Source: Lama guanicoe (lineage: Eukaryota). From it: a stretch of DNA of 64,000 nucleotides. A program made the position numbers and the translations under genes. Position 1 is the first letter of the stretch, and each line of letters starts with the position of its first letter. The stretch is from positions 6,854,122 through 6,918,121 of the forward strand of contig MU053810.1 of the NCBI GenBank assembly GCA_013239625.1, read 5' to 3'. Shown here piece after piece: positions 23,945-37,371 of the stretch. Below the pieces are notes generated by a model. The model saw only the letters and a program-made list of their open reading frames with translations, made no database searches and was not told where the DNA came from.

Positions 23945-24040
23945 AGTCAACTACATATAAAACAGGTAAACAACAAGGTCCTATTGTATAGTACAAAGAA
24001 CTATATTTAATATCTCACAATGGCCTATAAAAAGGGAAAC
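23945..24040 (+). mobile_element. L1 3'UTR fragment (cetartiodactyl-type)
   Basis: 'ataaaacaggtaaacaacaaggtcctattgtatagtacaaagaactatatttaatatc', homologous to 32850-32915. Confidence 0.75.
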
Positions 24041-27000
24041 AAAATGAAGGAAATACTCAGCTATTTACATGAAAACATATACCTAGAGTTTCCTAGACAG
24101 AGCCTAGGTCACCATGGGATTTGAAGCAATTTATTACTGAATTAAAATTTGTTATGTTGTAGACCTGAAAAGATTTACTCGACATTGGTAAATCACCACT
24201 TTAACACTTTTGAGCCTTCCTGCAGGAGAAGATTCTATGATTCAGTAGTGAAGGGAAGATCCTCTTCCAATCCCACAACATGATACAGCAAGCGTAAATG
24301 TGCCCAAGGAGGCAGACATTCAAAGCTCTGAATTTTATGTTTCATTTTTAGGCTATAGTCCCAACTTTTATTATAAAATTTTGTAATGGAAACATTTAGT
24401 GATTTAAAACAGAAAACCTGGCCTTAGTTTTGCACTGGATTCAACAGTTCTAATTCGGCTAAATCCACCTTATAAAAGTGAGGTGCAGGAAGTAATTAAT
24501 CATTGTAAGACACTTTTTAAATACCAAGTGCTACAAAGATGTTAAATAATAAGCTTAAGTACTATAAAAATTAACTATTAAATAAAATATTGGATTTTCT
24601 TGAAGAACAAAGTAATCAACAGCAGAAATTCATTTCCCCTAAATTGTAGATGGTTGTGGTCATTACAGTTCTCGCAGAATTTTAACAAGGTTATTTAATT
24701 GAAGGTGTAATAGGTACTATCATGGCAATATTGCAATACTGAGGACGGACAGAAACACAAGCAAAGCTACAGAGAGTTAGTTTAGAAACAACTACCCAGA
24801 TCTCTTTGTAGCACTATATATGTCATCTGGTTTATATTTTTATCTGTTTCTTTGAGCACATATTTAATTCTCTTATATTCTTACAATGGCCATGTTCAAT
24901 ACCAAGAAACTTCACAAAGAATCAGGAAAGTAATATACAGAGGAGTCGTTCAATGCATGTTCTGCTTCCTTAAACACCTGAAACATGAATCAAACACATC
25001 AAATAACAATAAACAAAATTCAGTGGCTTGTAATACACTGTGAGCTTATGTCATTTGAGACACAAGTTTTAGAAATAGGAGAAATCTCTAGAACCTGTGC
25101 CTTTAATCTGGGATAAGCATCTCTAATGGCGGGTAGTATTACAAGGATGTATAATTTGAAATTTTGATATTCAGGGATGCTCTGACGGTTGGTTGGGAAG
25201 GCAGAAGTAATCAATCAGCAAAGCCATATTTGCCTTTTATTCTTAATATTATACACTTATTAAAATTATATTAACATAAACATATAAAGAAGCTTAGACT
25301 CTATAAAAGTTTCAAGAAATTGAGAAACCATTTTAAAGCAAAACTGAAGGCCAACTAATATCCTAGAATTTTGCATGAATTTCTTTCTCTGATTTTAACT
25401 GCTACCTCAAAAATTTGCTTTTTTATCAGAATAAATTCAAGGACTGCCCCACACAGTTGTAGGACACTGCTGAGCTCTCTGTGAAGCTCGCAGGGTTCAT
25501 TTTTCATTAATTAAGCTGATGACTTAACTTTCATTATGGGCTCCACTATACTGATGTTTAAAATATGTAATGACAGTATGACATAGATATCAATCAGGAC
25601 AAACGCTGGCCACAGTCCCAGAGCATGGTCCTGGAGGTCCCTGCAGGCCCAGAGGTCTTCTTTTAGTTGGGGATGTCCAGGGGTTTCAGACTAAGGGTCT
25701 GGGACTGGAAGCGGGTGAAGTAGGTATATCTGAGAAGTGGTTATTTAACCACTATTAAAAAAAAAAAAGCAACAGCAAAAAACTATTGGTATGGCAGCTT
25801 TGCTGTATCAGGCCAAGGTGTTGGCCTAAATGGAAGCAGGTCCCCACCCGAGTCAAAGGAAAAATGGAAATTCAAATACAAGGAGAGAGTAGCTACCTTT
25901 ACTCCTTTGCCCATTCCCCATTTATTATCTGACATCATTTGGCCCATTTCTGGAAGGCTGAACCCACCAGCCACCCCCAGCTGCACCTCCCTCACCCCAC
26001 AACACACGCATACTCCTGAGCTGACTTCGAGGTTTTACCATTTGTCCCAGGACAGCCACTGCCACCTCCACTCCAGCTCCCCAGGACAGTTTAATACAAA
26101 AAGCAACTTGTTTACTCATTACCTCTGCCACCCACTGCCTTCTGCTGAAGCTGCCACACAGATTGGATTAACCCTCCTTCCCTCCGCCTGCCTCAGATGG
26201 AGACTTCTTAAAAGGGTCACCTTTTAATTTCAAATGTTAGCTACCCGGCTTGAAACAAAGAAAACAAAGTTTTAAACAGAATGCCAAGAATACCTTCTCT
26301 TTACAGGTATATCCTGTGCTTATGAGAGGTTCAGAGTGAGAGCACAGGCAGCAGGCCAGCCTGGCTCTGAAAGCAAACACCTGTTCAGGCTCAGAGTCTC
26401 TTCTGTGAAAGGTTCTCCATCTCACCTGGAGACAACTGTTTTCTTTTAGCATTTTGATAGTAATTCTACTATAAGTCTTACAATGCTAGTTTTATATCAT
26501 TTAACTATAATCTTCTGGACTGGGAGTAACTGCCAACCAATTATTTATTGAATGAATTAGTGAATGAATGAACAAATGATTGAATGAAAGAAGCCGAAGT
26601 CCAGGAAACAAAAATACTATGATGAGCACATATATATAAAAACATATATTCTTGCCTAGTACAGGAGGACAAGGAAAGAAAGGCAGATGAATCCTAGCAC
26701 AGGTGAAGGAAAGGATACCTACTGACATCACTCTTGGCATTCAGGTCTAATCCTGAGACAGCTGTCCTCTCTCCAGGGCAACCAGTTCTCAGAAAACGTT
26801 TAGGAAATGAGAAAGTTTGACTTCTCTGTCAATACCTGTCCCTGGAGTATGAACATGGGAAAACTTCCATTCCCCACCTTCCCCACCATCCTCACTTCTG
26901 ATCCTGGCCCTAATCCAGGGTCATCTTTGCAACAAGAATTAAACTACAAGACAGATTTACATGCTATTATGCTACTATTCCACCATGCAAATTTTCTAGA

Positions 27001-27064
27001 TGAAGTTAGCAAGAAAAGTGTTCCCTTAGCCTCACCAGAAAATATCACTGGACAATGGAGTAGC

Positions 27065-27542
27065 TGTATCTTCCATGAGCTAATAGTGCCTATCCCCAAA
27101 GACATCCACGTCCTGTCTCCTGAAACCTGAGAGTATGTTAGTTCATACAGCAAAAGGGATTTTGCAGATGTGATTAAGGATCTTAAGATGGGGAATTTAG
27201 TCTAGATTATGAATGTGGGCCCAATATAATAACAAAGGTCCTTATAAGAGGGATACAGAAGGGTCAAAGTCAGAGAAGAAAATATGACAACAGAAGTAAT
27301 GGTCAGAATGATGCCAGGAAGGGTCCACAAGTCAAGGAATGAAGGTAACTGCTAGAAGCTGGAAAATGAAAGGGAACAGAATCTTTCCAAGGGCCTTCAG
27401 AAAAAAGCTAGGTGTCCTGACATCTTGACTTTAGTCCAGAGAAACTGATTTCAGAATTCTCACCTCCAGAATGGTAAGATAGATAAATTTATACATTGCT
27501 GTCTTTGTGTATAACTTGTTACAGCAACAGGAAATTAATATG
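27065..27542 (+). mobile_element. ERVL-MaLR solo LTR (MLT1D-like)
   Basis: 'ccccaaagacatccacgtcct', 'caaaagggattttgcagatgtgattaagg', 'gttacagcaacaggaaattaata'. Confidence 0.85.
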
Positions 27543-28639
27543 CCTATTCACGGACAATTAAAACTGAGTTTTCAACAGTGAAATAATGAAAAATATCAGA
27601 ATTCAGGTTGATTGGTTTTTTTAAGCTCTAAACTAGAATTTAACATTTTGTAAATTAAACAGCTGCCTGATTAGAATGAATCTTCAAAGCAAGTATCAAG
27701 TGATCTGAAGAGGCCTGTACATCAAAACTTCTTCTTTTACATAATACATCCTAGTCTTCCAGTTCTACAACTTGAAATATGGGCCCTACCTGTCAACAGG
27801 GGAACATGCATATAGGATTAAAGAAGATGGAGGATATTACAGACTCATTATCTGTGCATCCTAGTAACAATCTGCTTTTGGCTTCACCAAGGATGGTAAG
27901 CCCTCATTTTCTACTTCCTTGGCAATACGGAATGCTTAGTGGGGCCAATCGCTTTACCTCCCATTAACTATTTGTAGCTTCTTAGCCATAATGTTATAAT
28001 CTGTTTATGCAAAATGTTAACTTACTGATGAGAATATGAACTTGTATTTTATCCAATATTTGAGCAATATGGGATGTGGCCTTCCTTCCTTCTTCCTTCC
28101 TAAAATATCATTTTTGAGCAATTATCTGTAGTAACAACATGACTAGCCTTTGATGGTTTCTCTTGTCAGCATACATTTGTGTCTTAGACATAAAAGAATA
28201 TTCAGAAAGGCAGCAGGTTTACCTATGAAGGCCTTCTCCCCAAGATTTTCAAGAGCAAGCTTGAAACCTCTGTCTACTCACTTGAAACACAAAAATCATA
28301 CAACCTACCCATCATATATCACAATTTCAAAGAATAAAGCAGTCAGAGAATAGGAAAATTCAGGGGGGACAATTGAAAGAAAATAGAATCATCCAGGGAA
28401 TATAGTCATGCAGATAGCTCCATTAACTCCCTGGCAGCTTTCAGGGGAGCATGGATGCAGAGCACTAAATGACAGCCAAGAAGCATGGAGGAGAGAGGTG
28501 TGCACATACGATGTCAGGCACCAAGGGCCTTCAGTGGACATTTGCACCAAAGACTGAGCCCAGCAGGGCCCACAAAAAGGCTGGGTGTGGACAGTGCTGA
28601 TGGTGGGGGCAACACAGCAGAGGGGAATGAGGACTTCTC

Positions 28640-28782
28640 ACCCTCACACTGCCTCTAACAAGCTGTAAGACTGCAGTCAGGGGACTCAGCTTGCCTGTTA
28701 TTCAGCTCTTCCATCTGTAAAGTCAGAATTGGACCATATGATCACCAACATCATTTTTTAACTTCAGAATGCCATAACTCTT
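28640..28782 (+). mobile_element. MIR/MIR3 fragment
   Basis: 'gcctctaacaagctgtaagact...ttccatctgtaaa...ttggaccatatgatcacc'. Confidence 0.5.
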
Positions 28783-30094
28783 CAGAAGAGTTCAAAATAG
28801 TATGTAAAAAGACATTGAAATATTGGGAAAATATGACACATGAGTGAATTACTAAAATATGTTGCCTAAGCCATTATCTGTATCCCATGAAGAGTACTTT
28901 CAATTTTCTAGACAGTCCTTTATTTAAAAAATACAAACCAAATATTTTTGAGCTCCTAACAAATGACAAATACACAACGGTAATGATGGAAATGATGGCT
29001 TTTACAATGATGATGATAGGATTACTAACGCACTAGGCCCTGGGGTAGACCCTCAGCAAAAAAATACCCATATCCTAACCAGGGATTCTCCTTATGTGTC
29101 AGGTACTTCAGAGGATACCAGAAAGCAGAATCTAGGTCTTTCATTAACTGTTGAAAAGACAAGGTTCAAGTTCTGTACCTCAAACTCTGAAAAATTTTCT
29201 TCATTTTCGCAGAAATTTTCCCCAACACAAAGTCTTCATAGGAAACAACATAAGGATGAATTCAACCTTGTCTTTAGAAATAATACTTTATATATTTATA
29301 ATAAACAGCTTTTCGATTTCTTCTCTTACTTAGATGGCCCATGGGAAGAATGGAATACCTTAGATAGACCCCCCAAATCTATAAGGAACATATATGCCTG
29401 GAAAGAGCTGGGCAAGATAAACCTAGTGTACCTAAAGATGTTCACAAAATGAAATGTGCTGTGTTGTCTGTTTTATTCCATCTTTGTTAAAAATTACTCT
29501 TAAAATTATGAATTCTTTCAGACATACAAAAGAGAAAAGTTTGTTTATAAAGGACATTTGTAATTTTGAGGTGCTGGAAATATTTTCTATATCTGTGTTA
29601 AAGTGTTTTTCCTTTTTTGGGGAGTGAAGGCTGGCGACATTCTGACTTAATGAGCATTAAAACTAAAACTGAACTCAGTAGTATCCAGTTGTTTTGTCTT
29701 CCAGCACAATATTTCCTTGTTCAAAATCAAGTGATTGTGAGAGCACCCAGAAACATGAGAGCTTTGTAAGAACTTAATGTATGGCTATTTGAAACTCTTT
29801 TCTTGGGGGTCATTTGGTGGAAATGGAACTCCTATTATATATGGCCTATATAAGCATAGTCTTGCTAAATCCATTTGGGAGTGGCTTGGGTCAGGAGCTC
29901 AGCTTCAGGCCTGAGACTTAGATATGCTATATTTAAATGCCAGTTTCCTCATTATCTTGGGTGCCTTCTGCTCACTATGCTTTAGATACAGCACAATGTA
30001 TTCATAGGGACTCTAATCCAACACTTCTCCAGGAACCATATGACTTGCCTCCCCCAACACATACCTCCATACAAATATCTTGCTGCCCAATGCC

Positions 30095-30240
30095 CTAGCA
30101 TTGCTAAAATGAATTCTAATACTTGCTACCTCATCTGAGGACTTTCTGAGATACAATTAGTTATTTGGGCTATTTCTGCTTTGGTTTCCCTATTTGTAAA
30201 ATAAGAAAAGCCTCTATTAAGATATCTTATGAAGCTGAAA
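30095..30240 (+). mobile_element. MIR fragment
   Basis: 'tttggtttccctatttgtaaaataag' core-like motif. Confidence 0.45.
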
Positions 30241-31607
30241 TACAAACTATGGTGAAAATCAACATGAGCCAGCAAATTTCAATTTTCACAAGAGAAACTT
30301 AGCTAATATAAATAACTTCAAAAAAGGAAACAAATAAAAAACCAAGCAGACTTATCATTAGTATATTTGCATTATTAATGGCTATAAATTATAAAGATTA
30401 TGAAAATGGAGCTGATATCTCTCCATGCTTAATCAACAAATCTTTTACTTCCTTCCTCTGCAATATTTTAATCTGGTTTATGTTTAAATTTTTTATTTAT
30501 AAAACCACAAATGGCTACATTCAGGATTACTAGAAATATGGATCCTTTCCAGACAAATCACATGGGGTACTCCTGTAGTCCGATTTCACAAGAGATCAAA
30601 GTACTACAAAGATGTTTTTAACTTTTGTTCCATGATAGAAGTCAGGCTTCTTGTCAAGAGCCTTGCCACACAGTAAGATGGGCAAGAGAAAGACCTTCAT
30701 CAAAGAGAAGCTTAGTGAAACACCCACTGGTCGCCAGCAGGAGTCTCCTTTTTGTCTCTGTTTGTAGAATATTGCTTGATGGGACCACTGAGGGATAGGT
30801 TAGATACTCTGCTGTGGCAATACATGACAGATGGAGTCTATCCTTAGCTACCTGTCAAATGGACAACAGCTTCCATCTCACAACAAGGTCAAGTATAGCA
30901 AACAGCATTCATTTCAGAGAAAGCAGTTGCATTACTTGAATATAACAACTATGCATAAAGCTAGCATTTCTATGCTTAATGATGGTGTAAATGCTTCATG
31001 TTCAGACATTTAATTTTTTTAATATAAAGTATTTGGAATGTGTTATCCATGAATGAATCAAACCAGAAATCAGGTGAAGTCTAAGATTCTGCAACCTTTT
31101 AAAAAAAAATCAAGGTAATTAATTCTTAATTTTTCTCCAGCCCCAAACAAAATAACAAAAAATACCACCAGTGAATTCTACACATCTGTATATTTTGAGA
31201 TATATTTTGAATTTAATGCTGCACAATATGAAGAATGTTTCCAACCGACTGAACCTTTAAAGCAGTGAATCTTGATGACTGTCTCTTCTGAGAAGAATGC
31301 CAAGCACAAAGCAGTAATAGAAACTCAGACACTAATGAAAACAAAGGTGACCCAGTAGCTTCAGATTAGTGTAAGAGGTCTGAGTTATATAGACTCTAGC
31401 CTCTATTACTAATTTTCTTTGATATGCATAACGATCTTAAGTAAAATGCCTAATTTAATAGCTCTTTCCTCTTTGTTAAATGATGAAAATTTTTTTCTAT
31501 TTCTTGGAAATGTACTGACAATTTTCAATGATTCGAAGTCCATAGTGCATGTGTGTCTTCTAGCAAGGTAAATAATCACCTATTAGGAGTTATATAAGTT
31601 ACACAAA

Positions 31608-31792
31608 AAATGCTTTTCAAAAAATGGTCCACGGGACACCTGCCTCAGAATTGTCAGAGGTGCTTCTCAAGCTTTCTCAGACCCATTTAGATCTATTAAT
31701 TCAAAATATTTTGTGAACGAAGTACAGGAATGTGAACTTTTCAAAAGCACCTTTGATGATCTTTATACATTCTAAAGTTTAGAAACTACTGA
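31608..31792. mobile_element. MER5A-like hAT-Charlie MITE
   Basis: 'tggtccacgggacacctgcctcagaatt'...'ctaaagtttagaaactactg'. Confidence 0.7.
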
Positions 31793-32761
31793 ATAAGATT
31801 TTGATAAATCAAGGATGATTTATAAAAATGCCAACTCTAGGATTTTATGACCAAACTGGAAATAGAGCCATACACTGAAAAGTCATGTGATATGAAATCA
31901 GTAATATTATCTCTGCAAGTAGACTAACTGAATTATGCTAGTAGATTCAGGCAATTTAAGATCTTCATGAGAACACATAGAGAGTAACAGATTAAAGTCA
32001 AAATAGGTCTCTTATATACAACTTTAAGTGGGTTGAACAAAATTAAATGAATCAGGAACCTCATCAGGTTTTAGTCATCTGCTTACTAATCTCTTCCTTC
32101 TCCAATTAGGTCAAAATTTAGAAACAAGAGTCATGATTTCCTTTACCTCTTAAAATGTCTGAACATCAAATTTAAGAAATTCTGGATATTTATTGATTGC
32201 TTAAGGAGGCAAACAGTGCTCATTTCTAATACCCAGGCAGATTAAAAGGGGTTAGCAAGGTATCCTAAACTTACCTCCATACCAAGATCTAAATCTCACT
32301 CTCCTAGAAAATAGGAAGTCTGCTAGTCATCTGAACGAAGTCTCATTTGGCTCAGAGACTTTCACTGATGCTCTACTTGACTTGATGAGTATTTTATCTA
32401 CCTAGCAGAAGACCTAAGAAGATGCATTTCCTTCCTTATGTGAAGAAAGCTGGAGACCCACTTACCCCATGGGCTATATATTTGTATCATCAAAGATGCT
32501 AGAAGAGGAAGCAATTCAAGAGCAACTAAGTACCAGGAACTTCGTCAATTAAATCATAACTGATTATGAAGAGAAATGTGGAAGCATCTAAGGGGACGAC
32601 AGGGGATCAGAAAGTGAGTCCTTCATATGCTTCAATTTTCCTTTGTCCATGATTTCTTCAGAATACATACTAAGGTGGGCTGAACTTTAGATAAGTGCTA
32701 CAAAAGATTGGCACAGATCTTTAAGATGGCGTCAGGCTAAAATCCAAAATAAGTCTTGGTA

Positions 32762-33056
32762 CATAGAAAACAAACTTATGGTTACCAGGAGGGGGAAGGG
32801 GTGGGAAGGAATAAATTAGGAGTTCAAGATTTGCAGATATTAACTAATATATATAAAATAGGTAAACAATAAGTTCATACTGTATAGCACAGAGAACTAT
32901 ATTCAATATCTTGTAGTAACTTATGGTGAAAAAGAATATGAAAATGAATATATGTATGTTCATGTATGACTGAAGCATTATGCTGCACACCAGAAATTGA
33001 CACAACATTATAAACTGACTATACTTCAATAAAAATATACATATACAAAAAATAAT
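32762..33056 (+). mobile_element. Young 5'-truncated L1 3'UTR (camelid-type) with 16-bp TSD
   Basis: TSD aaaataagtcttggta at 32746-32761 and 33057-33072; 'catagaaaacaaacttatggttacc...ccagaaattgacacaacattataaactgactatacttcaataaaa'. Confidence 0.93.
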
Positions 33057-33239
33057 AAAATAAGTCTTGGTAGAAAAATATTAGAAATAATGGTTTATGA
33101 AGGAGAGGGGAAATTACTGGTTTGCTTATGCCAAAAAAAAAAAAAAAAGAGCAGAGGAATTTCCACTGCTGGTAATAGGGTGGCCCAGATATTCTGATGG
33201 GCACTGTCACTACAGTACAAGTAAATCCTAACAAAATAC

Positions 33240-34375
33240 ATCTCTATTCTTTCTTCTTTCCTTGATTCCCCTTATTTGGGATTCATCATTTCTTACTATT
33301 TTATTTTTCCTATATATTAGATTCATAGTTATTCATCCCTTTACTACCATTTTAGATGTTTCCTTAGAGGTTATAATATCCATCTTTGACTTAGCAAAAT
33401 CTAATATGAATTATCTTCTCAGGCAATGCATGGACATTAAAATATACAACTAACTTCTCTACCAATTTATATTCTAGCATATTTTAACATAACATTATTA
33501 TTACTGTTTCATACGTTCAATATTCATTTATATTTACCCATGTTTAATTTTTTCTACTCTGCTTCATTATCTCTTGTGAGATCCAGACTTTCATTTGGAA
33601 TTGTTTTCCTTCTTCCTGAAGAATATTTATTAATATTTTCTGTAGTGCTGCTCTGATGAATTTTTTGTCTTTGCTGGCCTGAAAATGTGTTTATTTCAAC
33701 TTCATTTATGAAAGATATAACCTTCTAAGTCATCACTAATTTCTTTTGGCATTTTGAAGATGTCATTACATCGTCTTCTGGCTTCAGTCATTTGAGAGAA
33801 GCCAACTGTCCATCTTCCTGTAGCTCCCTTGATAATATTTTTTTCTCTGGCTCACATGAGTTTTATCTTCACATTCGGTTTTCACCCATTATACTATTAT
33901 AGGTATAGTTGTGGTTTTCTTTATTTTTATTTTAGGGTTGATAGTATTTATAAAATATGTGGTTTAGTGGTTCTCATCAGTATTCTCAGCCATTATTTCT
34001 TCTTTAAATGCTGTGTTTGGTCCATTCTCTCTCTCTTCTTCCTTTGGGACTTCACTTGCACCTATGTTGTACATTCTCATTGTAGGCTCTATTCTTAAGC
34101 TCTTTTCTACATAGTTCACCTTTTGTCTCTCTACACTTCACACTGAGTAACTTCTGATCTTTCAATTCACTAACTTTTTTCTTCAGTTGTCCACTCTACT
34201 CTTACATATAAATATGGGACTCTCAATAGTTAATTTGTTACTGTACCTTTCTGTTCTAGACTATTTGATTCTTCTTCTAGTTTCCAGTTCTCTGATGAAA
34301 TTTTTAATCTCGTTATTTAATTCCTTGAATGTAACAGAGACAGTTATTTAAAGTCTTTCTCTAACTGTAATTTCC
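33240..34375 (-). mobile_element. Ancient L1/HAL1 ORF1 and inter-ORF fragment, antisense
   Basis: T-rich; 'tgaaaatgtgtttatttcaacttcattt', 'tttgaagatgtcattacatcgtcttctggcttc', 'ttctcagccattatttc'. Confidence 0.7.
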
Positions 34376-34419
34376 CTGCTTAACATATACACTTAACAAA
34401 GTCCAAACATAGTATTTTT

Positions 34420-36200
34420 TTAAGAATCCTCCTGAAATATATAAATCTGCTTATGAGCCTTTTAAAACATTGTGAAAATCCCACTTCTAAGACATCAAAT
34501 TATAACTTGTTTTTATTGCTGAGGCTAGCTCTAAGACCTTTATGAAAGAAAACAAACAAACAAAAACTTAATTGTTTGAAGGCTTTGGAGAGTAACCAAA
34601 ACAACCAGGACTTGAGAGGCCAAGATCCTGATACAGGAAACTTCACTGAGGTGAATGCTCTAATCACCACATTTTTTTTCCCTTTCAAGACATTTGCAAG
34701 TCTGCATCAGGTAGACAGATTTCAAGCAACCTAGAGCCTACATTGGTTTACTGACCTAGGGTGACAAAAACTGGAATTTAGCACTACTAAGGCAGGCAGA
34801 ACTTGAGGGACTAAGACCCAAGAATAGAAGAAGTGAAGAGAAGTAAGGTGACTTTCTGTAGATACTTCCCCCAAAGGCACTTCTGATTTCTAAGCTGCAC
34901 GTGTGTGAAATAAAATGAATCTAGCAGTACAGAAAATGATGATTTATTAGAAAACATTGGGCTTATTCCAAAAATATAAGATCAGTTTAATATTAAAAGC
35001 CTTTCAATATAATTTACCATGTTAACAGAATATAATATAAAACTTATATATGATAATTCCAGTAGTGCACCAAAAGCAGAAAAGTATTTGAAAAATTTCA
35101 ACTCCTTCATGAAAAAAGCTTAGCAAATGAAGAGAAGAAAACTTCCTTCATATGATAAATTTAACTACAAAAAACTTTCAGCAAATGTCACATTTAATGA
35201 TGAAATATTGAAGGCTTTCCCACTGAAATGGGAACAAGAATGTCTGCTATCTTTGTATGACTACTTTTATTCAATATTGTACTTGAATTTCTAACCAGTT
35301 CAGTGAGGAAGAAAAACAAATTGAAGGGATGAGAATCAGAAAGGAAGAAATAAACACTATTCAGAGATGACAAAACTGTGTACATAAGAACTCTAAAAGA
35401 ATCAAAGTAACTCTAAAAGATTGAGGCACTCAACTTCTCAGTTATCAGGAAAATGGTAACTAAAATGAAAATTAAAACGAGACAGCACTATACAACATCA
35501 GGTAGGCCAAAATTAAAATTTACAATGTAATGTGTTGGCAAGCATGTGGAGCAAATTTTACATTCATATATGGCTCATAGAAGTATGTATTGATACAAAT
35601 CAGTTTAGAAAACTCTTGGACAAGATCTAGTAAAGAGGGACATTTGCCTACCCTATGACCCAGCAATCCACCCCTAATTATACACCCAATAGAAATGTAC
35701 AGCTATATATACAATGAAAAACATGTATGGGAAAGTTCATAGTTTTACCATTCATAGTGGCCAAAAATCCATAGTGGTCATAATAAAATGGATAGACTGT
35801 GGTATATTCACACAACAGAATACTAAGTAGAAAAAGTGAACTGCTACTGCTACGCCTAATGTAAATAAATCTCATTCCAAATTGTTAAGAAAAAAAGTCA
35901 GGGTTCATATTATATGTCTGAAATATACAATATTCAAAGATAAGACAATTTTTCTATGGTATTAGAAAAGTGGTTACCCTTGGGATGAGGGTACCACGTT
36001 GACTTGGTGGGGCACAGGGAAGACTTCTTAGAAGCTAGTAATGTTCTATATCTTGATCTGGGTGGTAGTTTACATGGGTGTATTCACTTTATAAAAAGTG
36101 ATAAAAACTTTATAAAAATTTAGGGTCAACTAAGATTTATGTGGTTTATTGTACATATAGCATATATATAGTAAAATAGCTTTTGAAGTTAAAAAATGAA
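34420..36200 (+). mobile_element. Ancient L1 (L1ME-like): 5' remnant, ORF2 RT pieces and 3' end
   Basis: 'gaggccaagatc' also seen at ~14580; 'ctattcagagatgac'; 'ccctatgacccagcaatcc'; 'aatgttctatatcttgatctgggtggtagtttacatgggtgtattcac'. Confidence 0.78.
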
Positions 36201-36449
36201 TTTTCGAAGTTAAAAAATGTAACAAACTTTTAAGTTAAAAAATATTATCAAGTATTGCTATGATAACACTGTAGAAAGTGGTTCTACTTCTATTTGAGAA
36301 AGAGATGTCAAGTGCTGCTATATTTTCAGAAAATATTCTGCATAAGAATTTAAGCATCTACAGAATCCTACATGGTTATAAATTATATTTTTCATTTACA
36401 TATTTTTAACATGACATTATAAGAAAACAAAAATACACATTGAGCAATA

Positions 36450-37020
36450 TTATTTAGGATGCTTTTATTATTTAGGATGCTTTTAGCTGTATCAGAAAAC
36501 CCTGACTCAACTAAATGACACCAAGAGAGAATTTATTATCTTACAAAAGAACTTAAGAGGTTGGCAATTCCAATGCTGGTTAATTCAATACTTTAACATC
36601 ATCTTCAAGGACTCAAGTTTAGCTTCATCTTACTGCTTTTCCATCTTCATATATCAATTTTATCTTGAAGCTTATGACCTCATGATCACAAGATGGCTAC
36701 AAGAGTTCCAAGCATCACAGTGCCCAGAAACAGAACAGGAGAGCTTTTCCATTTGAGAGCAAAGAAAACATTTCTCAGAATCCCTTCAGCTGTAACCTCA
36801 TATTTCATTAGTCACAGCTTTATAACATGCTCTTGCTTAAACCAATTACTGACAAGGGGAATAGGAGGGTGCACCAAATTGGATAAGATCTATCAGGATC
36901 TAACTCTGAGTCACTGAGAGAAAAGCAGATACCTAAATAGAATCAGAGTTCTGTTCACAAAGAAAAGGAAGAGAGGGAGGGGGATGGTTGCTGGAGAGGC
37001 AACCAAAATCATCTACTATA
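36450..37020 (-). mobile_element. Old ERVL-MaLR LTR (MLT1J/K/L-like)
   Basis: 'cagaaaaccctgactcaact', 'catgatcacaagatggctacaagagttccaagcatcaca', 'aaaccaattactgacaagggga'. Confidence 0.7.
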
Positions 37021-37371
37021 ATAGCAGACTGAATCACAATTAAGGAAGCACTACATAAACAGTTCTTTGGTATCATTCAAAATGCTTGTAATGTTATTAA
37101 TTTTAAAATGTTCTCTCTGGTTCTATTATCTATGTGGGGTTTTTTTTTTGTCTTGTAAAAATTATACAGAATTCAAGTATAAAAATTCAAGTAGAGATTG
37201 GCTTATCCACATTTTATAGCTTATTTTTATGAGATAGGTAGACAAGATAAATACAACGATTCATTTAAAAAATACTTGCCCATTTAAATATTTGAGTAAA
37301 TACACACATAGCTCCAACATTCATATCTTTTGCAATAACCGTACTAAGGCAATAATCAATCTTCACATTCA

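Noticed and set aside
29096..29452. 118-aa plus-strand ORF
   Set aside because: Non-ATG start, AT-rich composition and no recognisable domain.
30654..30851. 65-codon minus-strand open frame after ...ccatttgacag (VAKDRLHLSC...VWQGS*)
   Set aside because: No recognisable protein, a weak acceptor and no supporting structure; compatible with chance.
32723..32731. YY1-like motif aagatggcg in unique sequence
   Set aside because: A single short motif with no CpG island or promoter context.
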